From positions 434,001 through 498,000 of the forward strand of contig JAUFOR010000002.1 in assembly GCA_040285745.1 (NCBI GenBank): DNA of 64,000 nt, in the 5' to 3' direction. The stretch comes from Barthelona sp. PCE. Taxonomy: Eukaryota. The position numbers and the translations under genes are program-made. The notes below the pieces were generated by a model. That model was not told the origin of the DNA, searched no databases, and saw only the letters and a list, made by a program, of their open reading frames with translations. Positions 43,201-52,463 of this stretch are shown here, one piece after another; the stretch's first letter is position 1, and every line of letters starts with the position of its first letter.

Positions 43201-44011
43201 GAAAGAACGTATCAACACTCTTGGGCGTGCTCTTTTCAGCTGCATCAAGTAAAAATTTTCGAGTAAATGGTGTTGTTGGTGATTGAGATTCAAAAAATTT
43301 CTTTTTCTTCTCTACCTTGGGAGTTTCCATCTCATTGAGCTCTGTGTCCATCTGAGTGAGGTGCAAGCGTTCATGTGGGATAACTGGAAACATACTCTGT
43401 GTTTGCTCAAAAATAGCACCTTTTTTCAGTGGGAGATCAAAAGAAATAGAGTCTTCATCATCACTGAACACAATTGTATTCGGTGGATTGATTACTGGTT
43501 TTTCGATTTTTAAAGGTAAAATATCATTTTGGGCTGAATCAACAACAACATATGCATCAGTACTTAAAGCACCTGCATCCGTACTGAATTCATGCTTCAT
43601 TGGATTAGCAATCACCTGTGATCCAATAGAAAGGTTCTGAGAACTGTTTGCTTGTTGAGATCTCTGAGAAATACGATTATTGTTTATCTCTTCCACTCTT
43701 TTATGAATTAAATCTCCCAAGAAGAACTCATCATCATCCATCTGCAACGACTCCTTCTGATCCTTCTGGAATTCCATATGTAGAGGTTCCAATTCGTGAT
43801 CATTGATGGATAGATGATCAAAAACGGGCATACCGTCTTGAGTCCATGCAATGGTATGACGTGGGAGAGTAGCTTTCTTTGCTGTCGACGGTGGGCTGTC
43901 GGAGTTACCCGGATTATGTGGTTGTGTGGTTGTCATTGTTGATTGGAAAACCCTCTCCGGCGGTGTTCCGATAATGAACCCCTGATCCTCATTATCGCTC
44001 GGTTCAAACAT
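40208..44011 (-). CDS. DNA2: DNA2 nuclease/helicase
   Basis: Fe-S cysteines (LRCSR, CRFCDFVSEC), nuclease GQIDAL/DIKTG/QLLTY, SF1 helicase GLAGTGKS, DETTQ, VGDSYQLPP, QYRM, RRLNVLITR. Confidence 0.88.
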   Translation of the reverse strand: MFEPSDNEDQGFIIGTPPERVFQSTMTTTQPHNPGNSDSPPSTAKKATLPRHTIAWTQDGMPVFDHLSINDHELEPLHMEFQKDQKESLQMDDDEFFLGDLIHKRVEEINNNRISQRSQQANSSQNLSIGSQVIANPMKHEFSTDAGALSTDAYVVVDSAQNDILPLKIEKPVINPPNTIVFSDDEDSISFDLPLKKGAIFEQTQSMFPVIPHERLHLTQMDTELNEMETPKVEKKKKFFESQSPTTPFTRKFLLDAAEKSTPKSVDTFFPYISGHVTDCIQSNSDFKEMIVLEQKQDSISTYEVHLYGEWGRLEVDIGTRVTIVCPVFDEGVIIIDIVSDSPSFIVFHPHILISPSNLSSALRCSRQGAFNKLFSDLCMPSPNPNVPKGSILDSNYANLAGQFIHEYCEQVVTLYNAKQPILHKELFTEVCDKFLHAFIKNNVDPEPLRDVCKLHSFNFMKYVKNSRIIGRLLSIEENISDYSLGLNGQIDALFESTTNDDPAEMHEYAVQSCRSIDRAPTTFDRAISIVDIKTGKLEKPKPEHAVQLLTYSLLIAQRYGCLVNYAAVFGTKEGVPIEVKVDVREWGRIMVLRNSIAIQLHTTLTAPIKKHAIFGAVYDRPMQFDDLTHDIEDLVHEDAGEFTCRFCDFVSECVVMSEISGQQPSYYKHHEVVDTIESSLFPMVNQTTHTINLSEGYQLQCFAQYLTCKHPLYIISRRESHGCQHILHLSPLSQAAVDQKWKDNDRVMVAATRGEAIVPHLAHCVDGIISNAAPLVLKLSLTSLQQDNIFGLLGNVVALHSKLTYYRNNRAAALLLPISKFQLKKTVWSYKVIEKHLRQLNSNQRQAVVSAMTQRASLVVGLAGTGKSHTVKSIIHTIIDQRSVGRTMRLLVVCQTNLALDNLLLPLLEDGVTVCRFGNPSTLLHDRDFGSKLLLPKSGTLKEIQRAVSSDTIQVIGSTFSSLNNDLLDILGAKSIIMDETTQVSLTDALHAIQCAQHIVLVGDSYQLPPPENHPFVVVPSVFSYFKMHQIPEVFLTLQYRMCKGICDMVSQIVYRGMLRCASDKVSNQKMQCPTFLRHSHSSVFDEKPIVFVDCCGLSDNEFSENIPNTCEHEARLSALVAELLLVHAGSICETNDVMLLTPFRAQLNMINELVRSNSVFDNIAIKSGTVDSSQGCSVDVAVISMVKKYDIGKLLLDWRRLNVLITRSRVKLIIIGNSTILKHVPMLDAILHFISKNSDSCIQTSYHDFKRSVESDIAELKNKLD

Positions 44012-44345
44012 TGAAGCCCATTATGCACCCAATCACTGCTAAAGAGATTAGAAAGAGGATGAAATGCGAAATGCAGATTCTTCTCAGTTTCGTTTTTTTG
44101 CATTGAAAGATGCTGCCTGAACTGATTGCTGAGGGTTTTTAATGCCACCAGTTGTCCACAATTTGAACGGTCCGTTTTACGTTTTGGATTTTCACACACA
44201 CATCAAAAGTATACATTTATGTTGATAAATTAACCTCATGTGTAGTAATTGCTCCGTTGTAACTGTATAAAACTGTAATATCAATTCTCAAAAACGTTAT
44301 TACTTTTTCTTCCTTTTCCAAAGCGTACTTTTGCTTATTTTATTA

Positions 44346-45957
44346 ATGACTGAGAGAACTGGATTTTTCAGACGTGTAGGGGACAAAATGTCCGCGGGTG
44401 TTAGAGATAGGCTACGTAAGTCGGTCTACAAAGCAACTAACCATGATATGGTCACCCCCAAGGAGAAACATGTTCAGCGTATGATGTAGTACGGTTAGTT
44501 TGAGAACCGTCAGAGTTTTTTTTTTTCTGGATTATCATTAACATTTAGTTATGCTTGAAACAACACGTGGAAACCTTGATAATTTCACATCCCAGAATGT
44601 TTACGAAGGTATATCCCAAAGGTTAACAGAAGATGAAGCCCTGTGTGTACTTAAGGCATTAATTTGTGTTCACAGATTGCTTAGAGAAGGTGACAGTTCA
44701 TTTGCTCGCATATTCAGCAACAATTTGCAGATTCTGGTAACATTATCCAAGTTTTCTGACACTTCAGATGAAGTTGCATTTGTTATGTCACCAATAATTC
44801 GATCTTTCTCTGAATATTTGGTTGTGAAGCTGACCACATTCAAGAAATTCAAGAAATTCTACGAAAACCAGACTGATAAAGATCATTACAGAAGAGCTGA
44901 TTTGATGGAATTGGTTAAAGAGATTCCAGTGTTACAATCTCAATTCCTTGCAGCGTGTGAGGTGAATATCAGTGAGGAATCATTAGAAAATCCCGTTATT
45001 TTATCACTTTTTAAATTTTTATTCAAAGATATTTTGAATTTGTTTTTAATGATATTGAGTGGTATTAAACGTATGTTAGATTCGTTCTTTACCTTTGATA
45101 TTTCGAGTGCTGAAAAGGCATTAGAGCTTTATGAAGGTTATGAGAAAGCTTTTAATCGATATGAAACATTTGTCAAAAAGGCAGAAATATATGATGAAGT
45201 TGAGATTAAAATCGATAGATTACCTCTTAATCTGTACGATACCCTCAAAGATCATGTTCAGAACTTGAAAGATGGAACAGTCCAACCACAAGTGTCGAAT
45301 TCACCCAAGCAAGATAACTTTTTTGAGCCTAAACCCAAAGAAGAAGTGAAGGGTACAGACGCAGACTTTTTTAACGTTGGCGCTGGTGCAGCAAAAGAAA
45401 ATGATTTGTTTTTTAATTCCACAGTGAATAGTGCTCCTGTAACTACAGTTAGTCCAGAAAAGGGTTCTTCCATTGATGATTTCTTCCAAACAAAAAAGAA
45501 ATCAGAGCCTGAAAACCATGAGGCCTCGGATTTCTTCAACCAACGTGTAAGATCGTCTTCAATCACATCAGGCACAACAGCACCCATTAGTTCATTCTTT
45601 GAATCGAAACCAAAGGTCGAGCCCATTCCTGAAGACGATTTCTTTGCTTCCACGCACGTATCCGCTGTACCTTCATCGGCTCCTCAACCTCAACCTCAAC
45701 CTCAACCTCAACCAGTGAAGAAAGATCTGAACTCAATTCTCGGTTTCTTAAACGAATCACCTGAGAAAGTCAAACCTCAGATTTCACTCCAACTGCATGA
45801 TACACCAACCTCTAAACCAGTTAAGAAATTTTCTCCTTTTATTGAGGCTACACCTGATTCTTCCAATAAGCAACGTAAGGAAAATTCACCACCACGCCCA
45901 CGTGCGTCATCAACTGGATTTAAAAAGACTCTTGATCTTAGTCAATTCGGTTTGTAA
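44346..45957 (+). CDS. ANTH-domain clathrin assembly protein (AP180/CALM-like); exons 44346-44478 and 44549-45957
   Basis: Exon 1 encodes the ANTH motif VYKATNHD...PKEKHV, which the ORF track misses; exon 2 has LKALICVHRLLREG and a tail with repeated D(x)FF motifs. Confidence 0.9.
44479..44548 (+). other. Spliceosomal intron, 70 nt
   Basis: GTATGA...ATTAACATTTAG; removal gives in-frame C|TT ATG and completes the ANTH domain. Confidence 0.9.
45682..45711 (+). repeat. (CCTCAA)5 coding microsatellite, poly-PQ
   Basis: Five perfect hexamer copies within the ANTH protein tail. Confidence 0.95.
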
Positions 45958-45987
45958 ATGTGTTTTTGTTTTTTGAAACCCATTCAA

Positions 45988-47232
45988 ATGACCAGTACTG
46001 AAAAAGCATTGGGAACGCTCACAGAAGCAGAGCTAGAAGCATTGGAATCTACTAAAGATTATTTAGCTGATCCATACGAGGCTTTAAGATTTTTTTTCCT
46101 CAGTTCAAAGGATGATTTTGAAACTGCCAAGGGCTACGAGCCAGACTTCGTTGAAACTATCTGGCCCGAGGAGAAAATTCCTGGGTATAAGAATTTGAGT
46201 GCCAAAATTTACGTAAATATGAAAACGTTGGATTACTATATTGATATGCAATATGATGACCGTATGTCTGGAAGCCCCCACTTAGAAACTGGAATGACGG
46301 ATCCTTTGAAAGATCGTGCATTTATCAATTTTCACAGCAGCAAAGAATCGTTTTTTGCAACATTTGATGAAAAACCAACGTTGTTGCCCGGACTGCACAA
46401 GGTACCTGTGCTCACACACTTCAAATTCATGCGTAGGCTGGATCTTTTGCTGCGCTTCTTTGTTGAAGACGTTATTCCAATCAATGTTGATGATTCTGAT
46501 TGGGAAATGTACACAGTCGCAAACGAAGAAGGCTATCTCATGGCTTACATGTGTGCTTATCGCTTTTATCAATTCCCCGATCGTTACAAGTTGCGATTGT
46601 CCCAGATATGGGTCTTGCCAATGTGTGAAGGAGAAGGTCACGCGTCAGCCCTGATGGACCAATTGATTTCGGAGTGGTCCACCAACAGTGGCGGTGTTGA
46701 GGTGGATGTCGAGTCACCTTGCGATGATATGCTCGCTTTCATAATTGGTTATCACATTCCACGTATCTTGAGACACCCTGAGCTGTCAGTGTTCTTAACT
46801 GAGGAGACGGTCAGCAAAGAACGTCTGCTTCAACTGCGTCATGAGTTAGGAATTCCGGTAGTCCATGCTCTTCATTGTTATGAGATGTACCATCTTGTTA
46901 TGGCGCTTTTTGCTATTGATTACGACACGTCCATTGTGATCGGAGACGATGAAATGGAAGAGGTTGATCGAACTCAACTGGTTATTAATCTTTTTGCTGG
47001 TGGTGAGGATTTATTGCGTCCTATCCGTTTAGCTTCAAAAAGAAGGTTCTTTTACATGTACCACAACGACCCAGACATGGAAGAGACGTTTCAGGATGAA
47101 GATGATCGGAAAAAGTTGTTGGAAAACTTGTGGTTGAGTGATTGCGCAATTTATCTTCGATATATTCCTCGTTTAGCTAAAAAAATCCGTGATTCTATGA
47201 TTTTGAAGGAGAAAAGAGGAGAACATCATTGA
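45988..47232 (+). CDS. HAT1: Histone acetyltransferase type B catalytic subunit
   Basis: PDFVETIWPEEKIPGYKNL, YRFYQFPD...RLSQIWVLP...GEGHAS, VESP. ATG 45988 preferred because ATG 45958 abuts the upstream stop. Confidence 0.8.
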   Translation: MTSTEKALGTLTEAELEALESTKDYLADPYEALRFFFLSSKDDFETAKGYEPDFVETIWPEEKIPGYKNLSAKIYVNMKTLDYYIDMQYDDRMSGSPHLETGMTDPLKDRAFINFHSSKESFFATFDEKPTLLPGLHKVPVLTHFKFMRRLDLLLRFFVEDVIPINVDDSDWEMYTVANEEGYLMAYMCAYRFYQFPDRYKLRLSQIWVLPMCEGEGHASALMDQLISEWSTNSGGVEVDVESPCDDMLAFIIGYHIPRILRHPELSVFLTEETVSKERLLQLRHELGIPVVHALHCYEMYHLVMALFAIDYDTSIVIGDDEMEEVDRTQLVINLFAGGEDLLRPIRLASKRRFFYMYHNDPDMEETFQDEDDRKKLLENLWLSDCAIYLRYIPRLAKKIRDSMILKEKRGEHH

Positions 47233-47924
47233 ATGCAACAGTTTTGATGACTTACATTGTTTTTTGTTTGTATTTCTCTTGTTATATGCTCATTAATCAT
47301 ATTTTCATATGTTAAAGTCATTAAATCTAGTTTCTCCAGAACGTTTTCATTACCGTGCAATCCTTGTAATTGAGTTTTCGAGACATCTTGGATTGTGGTT
47401 AAACAGTTAAGAAGTCGATTACTTATTTCATGCAATTTAATTTGTTCAATACTGCTAAATTGAAATCTTGTTTGTGTTGTACTGCACACCTTAGGTTTGT
47501 TCAGTCTTTTTTGTAAAGATACATTTTGTTTTGATAATTTGTGAATTTGTGAATTTTTTTGCTGAAGTTGGTCTTTCAACGCTGTTACTTGATCCTGGAG
47601 TATATCACAACGATTCTTTAGCACCGTAGAGTCCATGAAATCATCACAGTAGCGCATCTTGGCAGTTTTGCTCATGAAATCTTGTTCAAAAACTGCTTCT
47701 GTTGATTTTGCAGTATTTTGAGTCTCAAAGTCGTTCTTTATGGAGTCTAGCGAAGATTTGAGCTCAGTTTTCAATGAAGAAATACGCTGCTCCAAGTCAA
47801 ATGAAGGATTATTCTCTTGGTTTCTCTCATGATGCGATTTTGGTATAATTATCGGATTAGGGAGGTCACTGATGGAACTGCCTCTCTCTGAAAGTTGCCC
47901 TAATGTTGCAAAATGATGAAGCAT
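47226..47924 (-). CDS. Hypothetical coiled-coil protein
   Basis: ~232-aa ORF with heptad pattern; fills the gap between neighbours. Confidence 0.65.
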   Translation of the reverse strand: MLHHFATLGQLSERGSSISDLPNPIIIPKSHHERNQENNPSFDLEQRISSLKTELKSSLDSIKNDFETQNTAKSTEAVFEQDFMSKTAKMRYCDDFMDSTVLKNRCDILQDQVTALKDQLQQKNSQIHKLSKQNVSLQKRLNKPKVCSTTQTRFQFSSIEQIKLHEISNRLLNCLTTIQDVSKTQLQGLHGNENVLEKLDLMTLTYENMINEHITREIQTKNNVSHQNCCIQ

Positions 47925-47960
47925 CACATCACAAATTGAAAAGGGATATAATTTTACTAA

Positions 47961-49790
47961 CTAGTTCAAGTGGGATTTGGGATCAAAAGAATAGGGCTGG
48001 GGTTCGTAGCTTGTGTGAAGGAGATGATGTGCAATATGACTACCGGGTTCACCACCAAGACTTTCCTCATAAAGTTTCTGAATAGAAACATTCTCATGAC
48101 TCTGTCTCTTTGTAGCAGTCTTATCAATGTCATAGATTGCAGTCGCACGTGCATTTGACGAGTTAGGGTTAAGAGTGACTACATTACCACCACCACCAAT
48201 ACACCCTCCAGGGCAAGCCATTATCTCAATCATATGAAGACTTTCCTCAGGGATCTTTCCCGATTCTAAGTCCTTTAAGAAGTCAATAGCATTGCGGGCG
48301 CCGTTTACGACACCGACACCAACCTCTAGACCTTTAATATCAACAGTACATGTCTTGACACCGTCCATACCGCGAACGCTGTTGAAGTCCAGGTTAGGGG
48401 CGTCTTCACCAGTCAAGATATGATACGCTGTGCGAAGTGCAGCCTCCATAACACCACCGGTGTTACCGAATAACATTCCAGCGGATGAAGACTCGCCAAG
48501 TGGGTTGTCGAAATCGCTTTCTGGTAGTGATGGGAAAGAAAAGTCGTACTTATGAATCAATCTACCAAGTTCGCGAGTCGTCAAGACGAAATCGGTATCG
48601 TCCTCGAGTTGTGGGCGCTGAGCCTCGTCCTTCTTTGCAGTACACGGCATAAGACTAACTACAACAACGTCATCAGGATTAAAACCGTTCTTCTCTGACC
48701 ACACATGCTTGAGAACAGAGGACATCATGCCCTGTGGGGAGCGGCAGCTTGATAGGTGGGGAATAAGATGTGGGTAGTGCTTCTCAACTAAGTTGATCCA
48801 AGCAGGACAACATGAGGTAAACATCGGAAGGGGACCAATATGTTCATCACGTTCGTCCTCCGGTTTCATGTGGTTGACAACGCGCTGGACCAGTTCAGTT
48901 GCCTCTTCCATGATTGTTAGATCTGCTGTGAAATTAGTGTCAAAAACATAATCGAAACCCATTTCTCTTAAGGCAGTAACAAGCTTCTCAGTGGATACGG
49001 TACCCGATTCCAACCCGAGAGCCTCAGAGATGGTGATACGTGTGGATGGAGCGATTTGAGCAACAATAATTTTTCCCTCTTCATTCTTATTGCGTAAAAG
49101 TTTGTAAATTTCGTCCTCCTGAGGGTTTTCCATTAGAGCACCGCACGGACAACGAAGAGTGCACTGTCCACAATTAATACAACCAGTATCTGCAATGGGT
49201 CGACCGTTCTTAGTGTCTGCAAAGATTTCACCTGAGCGTTCAACCAACTGAACGATTCCTAGACCCTGGAGCACATCACACGCCTGGACACAACGGCCAC
49301 ACGCAACGCACTTGCTTGGATCACGGCGCAACGATGGTGAACTTTCATCAACTGATTTTTCATTCACTAAATCAGGGTTGAAGAGCTCAGGGGTCACCTT
49401 GACAACCTGGCTGAGATCCTGTAACTGACAGGAACCGCTTGCAGGACAAGACAGACACTTTTGGGGGTGTTTGCTAAGCAGTAATGCCAAATTGTCAGCA
49501 ACAGACTTGTTGACCTTCTGGGTAGCCGTTAATACCTTCATTCCATCCCATACAGGAGTATTACAGCTGGTCTTCATACCAGCACCCTCAACTTCAACTA
49601 AACAAAGTCTGCATTTGGCTGCTGGTGGCAGGTCAGGGTGATAGCAGAGCGTGGGAACAAAGATACCGTTCTTTTGACATACTTCAAGTATAGTTTCATC
49701 CTTCTTAGCTGTGTAAGAGTTGCCATTGATGTTCACAGCAACTAGACCCCGTGTCAGGATAGTGCGAACTCTGCTTGTAAGACTGTTCAT
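47961..49790 (-). CDS. hydA: Group A [FeFe]-hydrogenase with 2Fe-2S, His-ligated 4Fe-4S, two 4Fe-4S and H-cluster domains
   Basis: H-cluster motifs TSCCPAW, MPCTAKKDE, EIMACPGGCIGGGG; F-clusters CRLCLVE, HxxxCxxCxxxxxC and two CxxCxxCxxxC. Confidence 0.97.
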   Translation of the reverse strand: MNSLTSRVRTILTRGLVAVNINGNSYTAKKDETILEVCQKNGIFVPTLCYHPDLPPAAKCRLCLVEVEGAGMKTSCNTPVWDGMKVLTATQKVNKSVADNLALLLSKHPQKCLSCPASGSCQLQDLSQVVKVTPELFNPDLVNEKSVDESSPSLRRDPSKCVACGRCVQACDVLQGLGIVQLVERSGEIFADTKNGRPIADTGCINCGQCTLRCPCGALMENPQEDEIYKLLRNKNEEGKIIVAQIAPSTRITISEALGLESGTVSTEKLVTALREMGFDYVFDTNFTADLTIMEEATELVQRVVNHMKPEDERDEHIGPLPMFTSCCPAWINLVEKHYPHLIPHLSSCRSPQGMMSSVLKHVWSEKNGFNPDDVVVVSLMPCTAKKDEAQRPQLEDDTDFVLTTRELGRLIHKYDFSFPSLPESDFDNPLGESSSAGMLFGNTGGVMEAALRTAYHILTGEDAPNLDFNSVRGMDGVKTCTVDIKGLEVGVGVVNGARNAIDFLKDLESGKIPEESLHMIEIMACPGGCIGGGGNVVTLNPNSSNARATAIYDIDKTATKRQSHENVSIQKLYEESLGGEPGSHIAHHLLHTSYEPQPYSFDPKSHLN

Positions 49791-49992
49791 TGACTGTAAA
49801 CTAAGTCAGATCAGACGAAAAAGGTAGTATATAAAAAAACTACGTAGAAGTACTTTTCAAAGATAAGTTCAAATCAATGAGGATATAGTTGCACATTGGC
49901 CTTACTGATAAGATTAAGATATCTCTAAAAGATGTTTCTTGGTTTAAACCTCTTTTCTTATCTAAATTTCACGTTCTCACGCATAGGTTCAA

Positions 49993-50832
49993 ATGCAAGA
50001 CCATAACCCAGTGCAAGCCGACCAGACACAATACGACAAGGATAGTCGTAACTGTGAAGTTCATGGAGATCCGCTTACTTACTTTTGTTTAACCTGTAAT
50101 CTTCTTGTTTGTCCTGAATGTTGTATTCATGGTACCCACTTGGGCCATAACGTTCAAAAACTCACTATTGCTCATGATTATGTGTTGAAAGATTCTGCAT
50201 TATTGGCAGATAACCTTAAGGGAGAAGTTATTGAGTTGCAATCCCGTTTTGACATCCACGAGCAGAACAGGCGAAAGATAATTGAAAATACACGTAGTAT
50301 TAAGGGATCTATGTCGGAAGCTTTCAAGGAAATCAGAAAACATCTTGATGAAAAAGAATTTGAACTATTAAATGCCGCTGATGAATATATGCAAATCGAA
50401 ACATCCAAATTGGAAGTTGTTCTTACCGAATTACGTTCCAGTATTGATGATTTGGAATCTACTATTGATTTATTGCACATCCGTTCTGAGCACCCTGATA
50501 TCTTTGTATTGCTTAAGTTCTATGAGGTGCATAAGCCTCTTATGAGTTCCATCATTGAGAAGTACAGCGAACAAGGAGAGGTCGATGAAGCAGCCATGGC
50601 TACATGTGAGCTTGATGTTACTTTACTTACTTCTGCTATTTCAAAACTTCAAGGACTTCATGAATCAATCAATTCACTTCAGGGTTTGCAACGTAATATT
50701 AGAAATGTACCAAAATCAGTAACAAGAGATCTTAAAATGGATACTGTGAAGCAAACTCCTGCTGCTTATAGTAGTGAAGCTGCTATTGCTAACTTAAGAG
50801 CCAGAAGGAACCAGAGAATGACTGCCCGTTAA
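49993..50832 (+). CDS. B-box zinc finger plus coiled-coil protein
   Basis: CEVH...YFCLTC...VCPEC...HLGH, followed by coiled coil. Confidence 0.85.
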   Translation: MQDHNPVQADQTQYDKDSRNCEVHGDPLTYFCLTCNLLVCPECCIHGTHLGHNVQKLTIAHDYVLKDSALLADNLKGEVIELQSRFDIHEQNRRKIIENTRSIKGSMSEAFKEIRKHLDEKEFELLNAADEYMQIETSKLEVVLTELRSSIDDLESTIDLLHIRSEHPDIFVLLKFYEVHKPLMSSIIEKYSEQGEVDEAAMATCELDVTLLTSAISKLQGLHESINSLQGLQRNIRNVPKSVTRDLKMDTVKQTPAAYSSEAAIANLRARRNQRMTAR

Positions 50833-51197
50833 GTTTGCAATGATATTGATCTTATTTGCAATAAATCTTCTAGATTATCGTTTTTCTTGGATGGACAACA
50901 AAAGAATGATATTGTATCATTAACTTTCAGTACCATAGATCCAACAAAACGCGATAGATTCTTGTTAATGTGGACAAAGTGCGAAACTTCATCAAAGCTC
51001 TCCAAATTTGTTGATGATGCAGCGTCATAGTACTGAGAGCACTCAACCAGTAAAATGTTTCCCAAAGAGTCGACGTTAGTGAAGATACCTTCAAAAATCC
51101 GGTGATCTTTAACGATTGCTATGCACTGTTGACCATAAAAACCAACAAAATCTGTTGGGGTGACAATTTCACAAGAATTATGTTGTTCCTCGCTCAT
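50829..51197 (-). CDS. Sm/LSm-fold protein (possibly NAA38/Mak31-like)
   Basis: Sm1 motif KDHRIFEGIFTNVDSLGNILL and Sm2-like RFVGSMVL. Confidence 0.7.
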   Translation of the reverse strand: MSEEQHNSCEIVTPTDFVGFYGQQCIAIVKDHRIFEGIFTNVDSLGNILLVECSQYYDAASSTNLESFDEVSHFVHINKNLSRFVGSMVLKVNDTISFFCCPSKKNDNLEDLLQIRSISLQT

Positions 51198-51285
51198 ATG
51201 CTGCACTTTTATCGAAAATTAAGGATTAAAAACCTTCTAAAGTGGAAAGAGGATGTAATTTGATTTGCACGGTTTTTCACAACTG

Positions 51286-52431
51286 ATGGGTTTGAAAGGA
51301 GAGCTCACTGAGGTATTCTCAACGGACGCAAATGACTACGACTATTCAGCGATTGCTTTGAATGCTGAAGGAACAATTCTTGTTTGCGCTGATTTTGACA
51401 ACAATTTGTACTGCTTTAGTGTGAATTTTGATGACGATTCCTGTGAGCTGGAGCCCCAGGTTCAGGCAGAATTGGACGGAGGCATTGCATTGTGCATGTG
51501 TGGTTCAAGTGATGAGAACACCTTCTTTTTAGGTGATAATGAGGGTTGTATTTACATGTGGAACCCAGTGAAGGAGGAGCTTGAAGGAGTTACACAGTTG
51601 GAAGATGAGATTATTATGGATATTCAATTTTGTGATCATCCAGAAGTTGGAGAAATGCTTGTATTCACTGGAACAATGAACGAAATCTGCTACTGGAGTC
51701 TAAAGAAGGGAGAGGCAATTGCTAGTGTTGAATTGCCTGGTTGTGGTTATTGTTTATCTGTTCAAAATGAATATCTCATGTGTGGTGTCGAAGATGATAA
51801 CTATTGTATCATCGATTTGAACACACCTGACGAAATCATGGAAGGGAATGAGCAGAAAATGGCTGTTAAATCAACAGGTTCTTCAATATCATATATTTCA
51901 TGTTGTGCAGTTGATCCTAGTGGGGATTATTTCTATCTAGGTGGTGGTGGCTCCGGCTCAGGTAAGGGTGTCATTATTTACCCTGATGAAAAGCCTCATG
52001 CCTTCTTTGCACAGGGTTCAAGCAACCGTCCTGCCAGTTGTAATGACATGGCAGCATTTATGTTAGAAGATAATTCTGCTTTAGTTACAGTAGGATCATC
52101 AAAACAGTGCTTTATTTGGGGTGTGGAAGATCGTTCAAATATTGCAAAATTCCCCAAAAGCTCTTCCAGTCGTTATACTAGTAGTTCTACTGCATACACA
52201 AAGGTTTTAATCCACCCATGCAACGAGCTTGTTGTTGTTGTTGAAGGAGCAGATCCATCTTCAATGTTGAAAAACAAGAATTTTAGAACCCGTAAAGGAA
52301 AAATTGTCTTGTTGCGTCTAGAAGTTGGAAAGTCAAGAGGAGGAAGTTCTTTTAGCAGTGGTAAAAAATCATTTGGAAATAAGAAATCGGGTTCAAAATT
52401 CGGTAAGAATAAGAACAAACGTCGTTGGTAA
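51286..52431 (+). CDS. WD40-like beta-propeller protein with basic Gly/Lys tail
   Basis: Repeats such as FLGDNEGCIYMWN, FTGTMNEICYWS, TVGSSKQCFIWG. Confidence 0.75.
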   Translation: MGLKGELTEVFSTDANDYDYSAIALNAEGTILVCADFDNNLYCFSVNFDDDSCELEPQVQAELDGGIALCMCGSSDENTFFLGDNEGCIYMWNPVKEELEGVTQLEDEIIMDIQFCDHPEVGEMLVFTGTMNEICYWSLKKGEAIASVELPGCGYCLSVQNEYLMCGVEDDNYCIIDLNTPDEIMEGNEQKMAVKSTGSSISYISCCAVDPSGDYFYLGGGGSGSGKGVIIYPDEKPHAFFAQGSSNRPASCNDMAAFMLEDNSALVTVGSSKQCFIWGVEDRSNIAKFPKSSSSRYTSSSTAYTKVLIHPCNELVVVVEGADPSSMLKNKNFRTRKGKIVLLRLEVGKSRGGSSFSSGKKSFGNKKSGSKFGKNKNKRRW

Positions 52432-52463
52432 GTAAGTGCTAGATGTTTATTTAGGGAATAAAG

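Noticed and set aside
44240-44247. GTGTAGTA, the U2 snRNA branch-pairing sequence
   Set aside because: No upstream GCTAAGATCA, stem IIa or Sm site; probably chance.
47961-49790. Hydrogenase as bacterial contamination
   Set aside because: It is tightly embedded among eukaryotic genes, has a presequence-like leader and carries the local AGTAAA signal after its stop.
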